The notes under the pieces are model-generated. The model saw only the letters and a list, made by a program, of their open reading frames with translations, did not search any database and had not been told where the DNA came from. The translations under genes and the position numbers were made by a program. From Macrostomum hystrix (lineage: Eukaryota; Animalia; Platyhelminthes), in contig CATNEN010000002.1 in assembly GCA_950097015.1 (NCBI GenBank), positions 7,626,001 through 7,690,000 of the forward strand: a stretch of DNA of 64,000 nt, read 5' to 3'. The number at the start of each line of letters is the position of its first letter. The stretch's first letter is position 1. This document shows, piece by piece, positions 22,683-34,308 of the stretch.

Positions 22683-25600
22683 TCACACAGCGGCAAGCTG
22701 CGGCGGCTCAGCCATCCTGGCGTACAGCCTAGCGAGCACCTGGTCCGCGTCCAACTGGCGAAAGTGGGCGTCATCCTGATCCCGCGCCAGCTGCTCCTGA
22801 ATGTCGCGCACCTCGGTCTCCATGCGTCGGCGCAGATCGCGGGCCAGGCCGCGCACCAGGTGGTCGTGAGCTCGCTCCCGCACCTGGAGCTCGCGCCGTT
22901 CAGTGGCCAGCGACTCGGCCAGCATGGCGAACCGGTCCCGGTAGAAATTCTCCATCGAGGCCACCTCGTCCGCCGTCCGGCGGTGCAGCTCCGCCTGGTG
23001 GTCGCGCGCCTGGCTGCGGTGCTCGCGAATGCGCCTTCGCTGCAGCTGCAGGGCCTCGGTGAAGAGGCGGCGGAAGACCTGCGCGGCGTTAGGGGTTTTT
23101 GAAGCAAGATTGGATTGGGGACCAATCCAACTATGGACACCCTGATGCAAATTTCTCCCATTTCGCTGATCAATCCTTGATATTGGGCTATATTCGCCTT
23201 GTAGCCCTTGAAGGTCCAGCAGCTTCGTCTAGATAAAGGTCGGTGACCACCAAAGTCGGAGATGATGCAGGCACATTCGGGTGACGTGCTGAGTTTGAAG
23301 GCCTGGTGAGGCCGCACTGAGGCGCAGTGCAAATTCGTGTAAAGGGATGTATGAAATACGCTAGCTCTTATGGGAAAATCAGACCTTCGGCCAGAACCAT
23401 TGAATATCTCAACGGTCTGAAGAGCTGGCAACTGGACTTTTGTTTCAGAAGATCGGGTAAGGCTCCGTTCGGGTAAAGTCAGGGGGAAATCCCCCTTGAG
23501 TAGTTTTACTCTTAATAAGAGTGGCCAGTACTATTTCAGATTTTCGAATAGAATAAGCTCGGGATTTAGAATTTTAGGTAAGAATTGATTAGCGGTTTGA
23601 ATCATTGGGAAGACTCAACAAACGATTTATAAGACTAATTTGGGGACTTGAAGAAATGGAAGGGATTTAGAGTCGAGTCAAGGCCGGCATGTTCTAAACT
23701 AAGCAAAGAAATATTTGTAGAAATTGTGAGAGCAGTTCATCACTTGGGCTCAAGTTTGTGCGCTTGCACAAAGGCCAGCGAGACGGTATTATCCAGGCAT
23801 TATGTATCCCAGCAACTGCAGCACTGTGAGCCGACCGCGGCACAGCGGGGGTTCCCTAAGCCAGGCTCCTTGTCTCCAATGCTCCCGGCGCTCTCCAGGT
23901 AAGAAACTCATTTTTTCTTCCTTAACTCTATAGTGGGGCTTCCGCCGCCGGAGGCTCTGATGAGCACGAGTCGAAGCCCGAGGCGAAGCACAAAAGTGCA
24001 GAGAGGAGGGGACGCGCCGAGTGCGTCACTGCCTGCAAATGAAGCCACGCGGCGACAATCAGCAGGCGGGCCGGACTGCCATGCAGGTTCAATAAACCAG
24101 CACCGCTGCCACTGCCGCCGCAGCTCACTCTGAATATCTCACCTAAGAAGTTGTAGCTTTGCGGTTAGAGCGTCAGGGGTTCGATTCTCGACTCCACTGG
24201 AACAATTTGTGTCCTTCAGCAAGACACTTAACTTTGCATTGCTTCAGTTTACGCTGCTGTTAAATGGGTGTCAGCATCAGCTGGGGCAATTGAGGGTGGG
24301 TGTGGCGTCCCACCCAGTCCATGGACTGAACAGCCGTACGCAGTCTTCATATGCACCGCGGAATAGCTGCGGCTGTGCTGTCAGCTGCACACCTGACCCG
24401 ATTCGGGCAGAAGTAATTTATTATTATTTTTTTTTTTTTATTACCTCCTAATGCTCCGTGTCTATCTCACAATCTTTCCATTTAGTCTCTTTGTTGATCT
24501 CACATTCTCTTCTAATATTCTGTCTCAAACCCAATCTGCCTTTCTTAAGCTCGTCTCACAGCTTATTCCCTACCCTCTCGTAGGTTTGAGCTGCGGTGCG
24601 CCGGCAAAATTAATTTCCAAAAAGGCACACAAAGCAACTCGAGGGAACAGCTTCGACAACAAGACAGGAAAGGACATCAGTAGAGCGCACTGCGGATCAG
24701 CAGCCCGCGGATTGCTGAACTAATTTGCTGCCCGAAACAACAAAGGACGGGCTGCGGAATCCGCCGCAGGACAAACAGCTCCGCTGCTGAGGAAAAGTAC
24801 ATCTGCACTTTGCTCAATTGCTTTCGACACAAACTTGTCGAGGCTACGAAAAAATGTTAGCAAATTAGACCCCCCAGCGGCTGTGCGGGTTGCCCCCTAC
24901 CGGCTGTTTGATTCGATTGAACTGAGCTGGAGAATGCTGGAGAATAGTAGGAAACCGGCCGCTGCACTTCAGTTAATCAACAAATTCTCATACTCAAAAC
25001 AGGGTAGCCTAGGGAGATATTGCGTGTTTTATGGGAGATTTTAAGCACAAGGAGGGGATCATTTTGATTGTTGAAAAGAAGGATGGGGAAATTCAAAGAG
25101 AAGGAAATTCGGGCGGTGGGGGAAACCAACAAAGTTAACTGGGGATGATTCTGATTCAGAAGAAGGCAAGTAGCCAAATTAAAGGGCGAATTCAGGTAAG
25201 AGGGGATAAATGGGAAAATTCTGAAACAATGGGATATTTCTGTCACAATGGGATATTTCTGAAACAAAGGATATTTATTAAACAAGGGATGTTTTTGAAA
25301 CAAGGGGATATTTATGAAACAAGGGATATTTCTGAAACAAGGGATATTTCTGAAACCAGGGATATTTCTGAAACCAGGGATATTTCTGAAACCAGGGATA
25401 TTTCTGAAACAAGGGATATTTCTAAAACAAGGGGATATTTCTGAAACAAGGGGGATATTTCTGAAACAATGGATATTTTAAATAGAAGAGATATTTCTTG
25501 AAAATGAAACGGAAAGATGGGATATAATTCAGAAGAAGTTAACAAAGGATAATTCGGGTATTACGGGATAATCTGAAATAAAGGATATCTCAGAAGAGAA

Positions 25601-28600
25601 TCAGCCTGACCTGCTCCTCAACTGAGCGCTTGGCCAGCATCCGGGCCCGCTGCCTGGCCACAAACTGGTCATAGTACTGGCGCGCCTTGGCCGACTCGCT
25701 TCGCCGCTCCCGCTCGAGTGCGCGCACCCGGATGGCCGCGGCGCGCCGCTCAGACTGTTCGCGCTGCCGCTCAGCCGCGGCCGCCTCCTTGCGCAGCGAT
25801 TCGACAAGCAGGCGCTGGCGGCGCTCGGCGTCGGCCACGGCAGCCGCGGCCTTGTTCTTGCCAGCGCCGGCTGCGGGGCCGCCGCGAGCGGCAGCAGCGG
25901 CCGCCACGTGGCGAGTCTGCCGGTCCAGCCGGTCGCGCATTTGGCGCAGCGTCGCCTCCGAGACGTCCAAGAATGGGAACTCAGACAACAGCTCCGGCAG
26001 CAGCCGACGATCGCCTTCGGGACCGCCGGCAGATTTAGGATTCGACAGTCGCTGCTTAGCCTGAAGACGGATAGGTTTCATTTGGGATGGCAGTTGCGTC
26101 TTGGATCCTGGAAACGTCTTCTGGGTTTCAAATGGGCTCTTAAAGCGTGGCACATGGGGATCTGGGAAATCTTGGAAGTTGGCACTGGGGATTTGGGAAG
26201 TTGGCACTAGGGATTTGGGAAGTTGGCACTAGGGATTTGGGAAGTTGGCACTGGGGATTTGGGAAGTTGGCACTGGGGATTTGGGAAGTTGGCACTGGGG
26301 ATTTGGAAAGTTGGCATTGGGGATTAGGAAAGTTGGCATTGGGGATTAGGGAAGTTGGCACTGGGGATCTGGGAAGTTGGCACGGGGGATTAGGGAATTT
26401 GGCACTGGAGATCTGGTAAGGTAGAACTGGGGATTTAGGAAGGTGGAACTGGGGATTAGGGAAGTTGGCACTGGGGATTTGGGAAGGTGGCACTGGGATT
26501 TGGGAAGGTGGCACTGGGGATTTGGGAAGGTGGCACTGGGATTTGGGAAGGTGGCACTGGGGTTTGGGAAGTTGGCACTGGGGTTTGGGAAGTTGGCACT
26601 GGGGATTAGGGAAGTTGGCATTGGGGATTAGGGAAGTTGGCATTGGGGATTAGGGAAGTTGGCATTGGGGATTTGGGAAGGTGGCACTGGGGATTAGGGA
26701 AGGTGGCACGGGGGATTTGGGAAGGTTGCAATGGGGATTAGGGAAGTTGGCACTGGGGATTAGGGAAGTTGGCACTGGGGATTTGGGAAGGTGGCACTGG
26801 GGATTAGTAATGGTGTCACGGGGGATTTGGGAAGGTGGCACTGGGGATTTGGGAAGGTGGCACTGGGGATTTGGGAAGGTGGCAATGGGGATTTGTGAAG
26901 TTGGCACTATGGATTTAGGAAGTTGTCACTGAGGATCTGAAACAAAATCATGAATCAATCGCTCACCTTTCGGGTCGGGCAGGGCCTGGCACGACTCATA
27001 ATGAGGCCGCCGCCGACACCACGGCCGCCACCAACTTCGTCGCGAAGCTGTCGCTCTGACTGTCGGTAGGCCCGCTCCAGCTGACGGCGGCGTTCGGACA
27101 GGCCGGCCACCTCAGCCACCTCGCGCTGCGGGTTATGGTAGAGTGACAGTGAGCGGTGATGGAGTGACAGTGATCGACAGTGATCGCCTGAAAAATCGCG
27201 AAAATCATGCAACCAGAAGCTCACCGCGTCGGACCGACCAGCAGCTTCGGCGGCTAGGTGCAGCTGCCTCTCACGCTGCATCCGACGCAGCCGCAGCCGC
27301 TCCTCTTCGACCCGCACAGCGTGCTCCTCCACGTAGCCGACTAGACGCTCGCGCGGTGACGCCACCGGAAGGCCGCAGCACAGGCGGTCGTTAGCTCTGC
27401 CACCATCGCCGCCGCCGACACCGGAATCTCCTGCATCCGACGAAGCTGTGTCGGCCTCGCCGTTGTCGATGTCTTCGCCGTCGTTGCCATCCTCGCCTTC
27501 AGAGTCGCCATAGTCACCGTCCGAGATGACCCTCCTTCGATGTACATGCTGGCGATGATGATCGGCGGCGGCGGGCGCCGGCGCGAGAGCCTCCCGGGAC
27601 AGGTGCAGCGTGCGGTCCGCCAGGCGGTGCAGCTGCTCGTAGGAACGGCGAAGCGACTGCGGCATTGGGGGCTCTGGCGGGACGGAGAACGTTTGGCCAT
27701 CTTACAACTTACACGCCTGATAAAGTTATGCTAAGTGAAGGACAGGCAGATTAGCTTGTGACGGATTAGCAGATGTAAGTGATGGATCATCAGATTAAAT
27801 GACGGATTAGCAGATCTGAATGACAAATTAGCAAAAATTAAAGACAGATTAGCACAAATGAGTGACGGATTAGCACAAATGAGTGACGGATTAGCACAAA
27901 TGAGTGACGGATTAGCACAAATGAGTGACGGATTAGCCCAAATGAATGACGGATTAGCAGATAAGTAGCGGTCAACTCACCAGGACTGTCAAAGGCGATC
28001 CTGGTTGGCGCGGTCGCTGGCAGCTGCCGCGGTGGCGGAGGAAGCGTCGAAGTCGTGTTCTGCGTACGATTCGCATCGTCAGCGCCCTGCGAAGTCGGCC
28101 TGCCTGTCGCCGCTGTCGCGTGAGACTTCGGTTCCCTCGTCGCAGTGTCATCTTCGATCGGGGCAAACTCAGCCAAGCCATGCAGGATTTCCACCAGGTT
28201 GCCGACAGCTGTTCTGTCCCGTGCCAACACGTCCTCCGGCCGAATGTGCGACAAGGACACTCCGATGACGTCATTGGCCAGGGAGTCGATGATGGCGCGA
28301 AGCCGACCGAGGTCGTCAGTGCTCGGCGGGACAGCGGCGTTCGCCTCCGGGCAGACGAGGGCGAAAATGTCGGCGAAGAATTGGACAACATTGCCGATGT
28401 CATCCAGGCTGCGCAGCTGCCGCTGCCGGCTGGCTGAGCGGCCAGGAAGGCGGCGCAGCAGGTCTGTTGCCATGGCAACGTGGCCACCGAAGCCACCGCC
28501 GCCAGTGAGCAAGTTCTGGTCGTCCTGGAAAAGTTTTAATGCACTTTGAAAAATGATCAGAAACAAACTCAAAATAAGGATTAAAGTTTTTGAAAAAATT

Positions 28601-29256
28601 AACCAGGGGATCTGAGATTTTGGGACATTACCTTAGGATTCTGAGAACTTGGGAAATTAATCTAGGGATCTGAGAATTCGGCAAATTAACCCGAAGATCT
28701 CAAAATTCCGGACATTATCCTGAGGATCTGAGAATTGAGATTGAGAAGGGGATTTTAGGATTCCGGACAAAAATAGCTTTGGTGAAAAGCAAAGTAAAAC
28801 TAGGCTAACACCGAATGTCAAGCCGAAAGATTCCAGCATTGAACTGTTTTTCATTCGGAATCAGTTAGCGCTCTGTAATTAAACAGCACCTCGTGAGCCG
28901 TGCTACTGCCACACGTACAAAATTACACCCTCTTACTATTAGTAGGTTACTCGCAAATCTAACAGATGATGATTGTCCTAAACGGCTCTCAACTGTTACT
29001 TCTAAGAAAAGTATTCAAAGAAAATGGGTAAAGGCAGAACAGACGGGGGTTGTCCGTCTCTCCGCCAGTGTTTAAAAATATTCCTCTTCAACATTTTCAG
29101 CCCGCACGCATATCCAAAAATGGGAAAATGCAAGCAAGTTGGGTGGGGCATAGTAGCGTATTGGGAATGGCAGCATCTGTAATCAGGCTTTCCTAGAAAC
29201 TTCGCTACTTGCGAGCGTCCCGTCTCAGCGTCAGGCATCAAGGAGGCATCAGGCAT
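22683..29256 (-). CDS. CEP95: Centrosomal protein CEP95/CCDC45 homolog (~723 aa, 5 exons)
   Basis: Exons 29256-29209 (tentative), 28524-27981, 27700-26967, ~26060-25611 and 23078-22683, phase-consistent. N-terminal IIDSLANDVIGVSLSHI...GNLVEILHGL, central LLSEFPFLDVS, C-terminal SMENFYRDRFAMLAE...DDAHFRQLDA all resemble CEP95. Exon 1 and the exon 4 acceptor are less certain. Confidence 0.85.
23195..23510 (+). mobile_element. Dispersed repeat family C, copy 1 (non-autonomous, 3' hairpin)
   Basis: ttgaaggtccagcagcttcgtctagataaaggtcggtgacc...gggggaaatcccccttgagtagttttact is nearly identical to 39330-39692. Confidence 0.75.
24150..24350 (+). mobile_element. CORE-SINE-like element (tRNA head plus MIR-type CORE)
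   Basis: A-box-like tgtagctttgcggttagagcg and B-box ggttcgattc. These are followed at 24207-24268 by gtgtccttcagcaagacacttaactttgcattgcttcagtttacgctgctgttaaatggg, collinear with the MIR CORE consensus as recalled. Confidence 0.7.
25250..25470. repeat. 18-bp minisatellite in CEP95 intron 4
   Basis: (gggatatttctgaaacaa/cca)n. Confidence 0.92.
26160..26925. repeat. 22-bp minisatellite filling CEP95 intron 3
   Basis: (ttgggaagttggcactggggat)n, ~35 copies. Confidence 0.95.
27847..27962. repeat. 21-bp repeat x~5 in CEP95 intron 2
   Basis: (gattagcacaaatgagtgacg)n. Confidence 0.9.
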
Positions 29257-29501
29257 CAACTGCCGCGAGAGCCTTCTTTTGAGTTCCTAATTCTATTTTT
29301 ATTATCCCGCTCTTTAGGTCCGAGACCCGGCATTATCTGCGACCAGGCCCTATTAATAAACTGCAACAGCGCGGGACGGAGAAGAGATTGTGAAGATAGA
29401 AGGGAACAGAACTAGGCCTTGCTGACAGCTTCCCCAGAGAGGTGCTGGGTGACTCGGGTTTTGCCGGTTCCAAACAACAGCACAAGCATCTGAAACAGAA
29501 T

Positions 29502-30560
29502 GGGAAGGAGACAACAGCTCCCTGAAGGATCAGGGGAAGGAGACAACAGCTCCCTGAAGGATCAGGGGAAGGAGACAACGGCTCCCTGAAGGATCAGGGG
29601 AAGGAGACAACGGCTCCCTGAAGGATCAGGGGAAAGGGACAACAGCTCCCTGAAGGATCAGGGGAAGGAGACAACAGCTCCCTGAAGGATCAAGGGAAAG
29701 GGACAACAGCTCCCTGAAGGATCAGGGGAAGGAGACAACAGCTTACTGAAGGATCAGGGGAAGGAGACAACGGCTCCCTGAAGGATCAGGGGAAAGGGAC
29801 AACAGCTCCCTGAAGGATCAGGGGAAGGAGACAACAGCTCCCTGAAGGATCAGGGGAAGGAGACAACGGCTCCCTGAAGGATCAGGGGAAGGAGACAACG
29901 GCTCCCTGAAGGATCAGGGGAAGGAGACAACAGCTTACTGAAGGATCAGGGGAAGGAGACAACAGCTCCCTGAAGGATCAGGGGGAAGGAGACAACAGCT
30001 TCCTGAAGGATCAGGGGAAGGAGACAACAGCTTCCTGAAGGATCAGGGGGAAGGAGACAACAGCTCCCTGAAGGATCAGGGGAAAGGGACAACAGCTCCC
30101 TGAAGGATCAGGGGAAGGAGACAACAGCTTACTGAAGGATCAGGGGAAGGAGACAACAGCTCCCTGAAGGATCAGGGGGAAGGAGACAACAGCTTCCTGA
30201 AGGATCAGGGGAAGGAGACAACGGCTCCCTGAAGGATCAGGGGAAGGAGACAACGGCTCCCTGAAGGATCAGGGGAAAGGGACAACAGCTCCCTGAAGGA
30301 TCAGGGGAAGGAGACAACAGCTCCCTGAAGGATCAGGGGAAAGGGACAACAGCTCCCTGAAGGATCAGGGGAAGGAGACAACAGCTTACTGAAGGATCAG
30401 GGGAAGGAGACAACAGCTCCCTGAAGGATCAGGGGGAAGGAGACAACAGCTTCCTGAAGGATCAGGGGAAGGAGACAACAGCTTCCTGAAGGATCAGGGG
30501 GAAGGAGACAACAGCTTCCTGAAGGATCAAGAGAAAGGGACAACAGCTCCCTGAAGGATC
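29502..30560. repeat. 32-bp minisatellite, ~33 copies, upstream of CEP95
   Basis: (gaaggatcaggggaaggagacaacagctccct)n. Confidence 0.98.
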
Positions 30561-30679
30561 AGAGAAAAGGAGCAGCGGCCTGTGAAAGTTTGGGTGGAAA
30601 GGTAAGCGGTGAATCGATGAAGGTAAACGGTCCCTGAAAAAAGGCAGACAATAATTGTTTCGCCGAAATTGTTCGACTG

Positions 30680-31055
30680 CATAATAATAATAATTGCAGG
30701 AGGGCAGCGGGCAATGGCACATCATTCAGTGACACTAGACCCACAACCAGCGAGGAGGCAATTTTGCTGCCCATTTCGCCGACTCCTGAGCACACACACA
30801 CCCACACAAACACACACAGATACTGTACGCAGGCACACGCTCAAACAGGTGTATACATCTGCCCTGACTTTCTCATCGTCAGGCAGTGTACACTCTCACT
30901 GGCCCTATTGGCGTAATTTGCATGACAAGCCCCCAAGCCTTCTCTCCGCGGCCGCGCCCCAAATAAATGTGGCCTCGCCGCAGAATCGAGCTCAGGGACC
31001 TTGGTGCGAGAGGCAAACGCGTTAACCGCTCTGCCACTCAGCCTCTGGTTCGACT
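30680..31055 (-). mobile_element. tRNA-derived SINE family A, near full-length copy
   Basis: Minus strand reads gagtggcagagcggttaacgcgtttgcctctcgcaccaaggtccctgagctcgattc (A/B boxes), then an internal (TG)n, then a 3' tail cctgcaattattattattat. Confidence 0.9.
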
Positions 31056-33034
31056 CATAGTGCGCTTGTCCTCCAGGACCTCGGCAGTGAATATCTAGGC
31101 CTTTCCTTCCGTTGCCCTGGTGCTAATTGCACTGTTCACAATGAACATCAGTGCCTGGACAGCGCACAATTTCCTATTAACTCGACTCCGAATATTCTGC
31201 ACTCCACTAAAATGGTCAAAAAATTGTCAAAGAAAGTAAGTCAGCCAGGCAGTCTTGCATGCCTAGAAAAAATCAGAGCAATAAGTTTTATTCCCAGGTG
31301 ACTGGCCACAGCAAGTGACAGATCAGACAGGCGAACAGAACAATAGCAGAACCACAATAATCGGTTCCATAATTCAAGCAGTTATTCACAGAATGCAGTG
31401 GCTTTCAAGATACAGGGATTGACCTAGGCCGTACAAGAGGGACACAAAAGGTCACAGGGATTGTCAATTCGTGCCCAAGCTTCAATCAGAGTACAATAAA
31501 ACTGAGAGCAAATTGACTAGCATAAAATTCAACGAGCGAAATAAATTAAATGCCAATTTTAGTAGTGAAAATACTAGGTGAATAGATGCGCGCGAATGCA
31601 TTATAATTGCTGTCTCAATAATTTTATAGTTTTAACAAAATTTGCACTTTTAACTACAATTCTTTACGACTAAGAGAATGATAACTAAATTACACCTGCA
31701 AGGCAATAAATAATTCTTATGACAGTTAAGACCTGTTAAAAAGTATTTACCCCACCAGTTTAACACCTGCCTGAGAATTAATAGTTGTAATGACAGTTGT
31801 CATTTTCAACGTTCCATGATAATCTAATTACAGCTATAATATATGGCCTCGCACTTAGCTAATTAACAGCCATTAGACGGAACACATCAGCAGGCAAAAA
31901 TTGCGTTGCACCCTGAATTAAACGGAATTCATTATCACCTGACTGGCATGCACCAAATTACCAATTAACTGGTACACAAGGTCTGTAGAGCAAACAGGTT
32001 CTGCTTTGGTCGGCCTGAGCAAAACACAAGATGACCAAATTTGGGCATTGCCACGAGAGGCTGGGAGGAACATGCTCAGCAATGTCTACTCAGGTGAGTT
32101 GCCCCACCTGTGCGGTCGCATCTCGGGCTGCCGCCTTTCCATTCCTTATCTATCTATGCTCCCCCCTCCTTCAAGAGAGCTCTAATAATAGGGAAATCCT
32201 TGAGAACAGAGCCCCCGTGAGAGGTGGGGGCGTGCGGCAAAGGCAAGACAGACAATGCCCTCCCACCCTGCCTCAAGTGTCAGATAAGAATGCCAAATAT
32301 AGTGCACGGGAGCCTATGGGAGGCAACAAAACACACACAAGAAGATATCCCAGGCGATGCACTTCTGGGTAAGATGGAACTCAAGACTGCTGTCAGTTCT
32401 TCTCTGAGTCTGAGTTCAGCTGTTCCAAAGCCTTCTCAAAGTGTCCATATTTAGACATGCTCTTGTCTGTAGGCAAGAAAAGTCGAGGGGAAAAATTACG
32501 ACGGGGAGAAGCCAAATAGCCAAAATTAGGCATGAAAACTGTGTCGCTTCTCAGGACATTGTATTGAGGAGCCGCACCAACTGGCTCCGCACTTTTCTGT
32601 TGATCAACAGTAAAACAGACGACACAGAAGCAGACAGCTAAGCTAGGTTGTGCAGCGGGAACTGCACAGGTAGTAACAAATGATATTGTCAGCAAAAGCA
32701 CACCGGAACTTTACTAAATAGGTTGTGCGTGCGGGCCTAAATAAAAAAAGTTGCCTATTTGGCAGTGGAAACAATTAAGCTGTTAATAATAAAACTGATT
32801 AGAACAGTAAGCCATTTTGTAGGAGTATAAACTGTAAACAAACAATTCAAATGTGACACCAAATTTAAACTAGCAAAATTTGCTCTAAATGGCATTTCAA
32901 AAAGTTTTGATTAAGAAAAACAATTAGGGTCAAGCAGGGTTTTGCTTTCACAAATTTTATGACCCGAGATTTCTGATCGACCGATTTGCAAAAAAACTAG
33001 TGAATTTCGGATTCTAGGGATCGATCATTTGAAT

Positions 33035-33360
33035 TTGGGGGATCATGAAGTTAAGGGACCATGAAGCTTAGGGATCGCGAAGTTTAGGGATCATGAAGTT
33101 TAGGGATCGTGAAGTTCAGGGACTATGAAGTTTAGGGATCATGAAGTTTAGGGATCTTGAAGTTTAGGGATCATGAAGTTTAGGGATCTTGAAGTTTAGG
33201 GATCATGAAGTTAGGGATTTTGAAGTTTAAGGATTGTGAAGTTCAGGGACTATGAAGTTTAGGGATCATGAATTTAGGGATCATGAAGTTTAGGGATCTT
33301 GAAGTTTAGGGATCATGAAGTTTAGGGATTATGATGAAGTTCAGGGATTATGAAGCTAAT
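33035..33360. repeat. 16-bp minisatellite, ~20 copies, with TTAGGG in most units
   Basis: (gatcatgaagtttagg)n. Confidence 0.93.
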
Positions 33361-34308
33361 GGGTCATGGAGTTTAGGAATTCCAGCATTTCTTAGTCCAA
33401 GATTGCACATTCAAAGGATTGTGAAAGCAGAACCTCAGAGCAATTAGTCTCATAGGTGAAAAGTGAAAAAAGTAATAGCAAAATTTCCCTCGAAGTCAAA
33501 GGGAATTTTCGTGTGCAAAAAATGATTAGCAGTTACAGAAAAATCTGCGGCAAAAATACGATCTATAGAATAATCCTAGCAATGTGGCGAGACTAAAGGA
33601 GCCAGCGACACACCAGATGCTCAAATTAATTCCAATGTCCATTCATCTAACAGAGACAGACAGTATATAAAGTAAAAATGTTTGGAACTAAAAAATTGAT
33701 TCTATAAACGTCAATCAGACATAAATAAACGAATGAATCTAGGTTTTTATAAAACTAGTCCAAAATAGACCATCAAAAAGTATTTTAAAAACATATTGTG
33801 ACTAGAGAAAAAGCACACAGCGAAATTGTTGCTAAGTAAATAACAACAACAACAACAACAAATAAATAAATATCTAATCGGGTGTAAAATCGAATGTAAA
33901 CAGTTGCTAAGGCCCTTCTGCTGCTGAGGGCCGAGAAAACAAAAGCAGCGCGTGCAGAGATTATTTCTAGTGCGGACAAGTTCGCGTTAGAAAATTAATG
34001 ACGAAATGTGAAATATGAAATTAACTGATATCAAGTTGCTATAGCAACTAATCAGGCTCTCCATAAAAAAGAACCTCTAAAATGTCAGCTAGTTTTTGTA
34101 AACCAAGAGTAGTTTCACGATAAAAAATGATCGATTACCAAAGAGGAACGACCTCCTTTAGGTCAACAATTCCATTTCCATAGCAACATTGGGTTGAATA
34201 TAGAATGTTACTAAAGTTTTGGAATGATCAAAACATATAGTGTTGTAACTAGGGCAAACAAATCCGTTGCTAGGGTCATAAAAACCAGCCCCGTCTCCAG
34301 CCGGCAAG

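Noticed and set aside
22577-23431. 284-aa ORF overlapping the CEP95 last exon
   Set aside because: It is an alternative frame running from repeat family C into the GC-rich exon. The CEP95 frame has the homology.
26937-26966. 28-nt micro-intron in CEP95 using tttgtttcag at 26937
   Set aside because: Splicing there gives an in-frame TAG after nine codons. The phase-0 acceptor at ~26061 restores the CEP95-like sequence.
32393-32701. 102-aa minus-strand ORF and overlapping short ORFs at 32.0-32.7 kb
   Set aside because: No recognisable motif, no ATG-to-stop gene model and no exon partner found.
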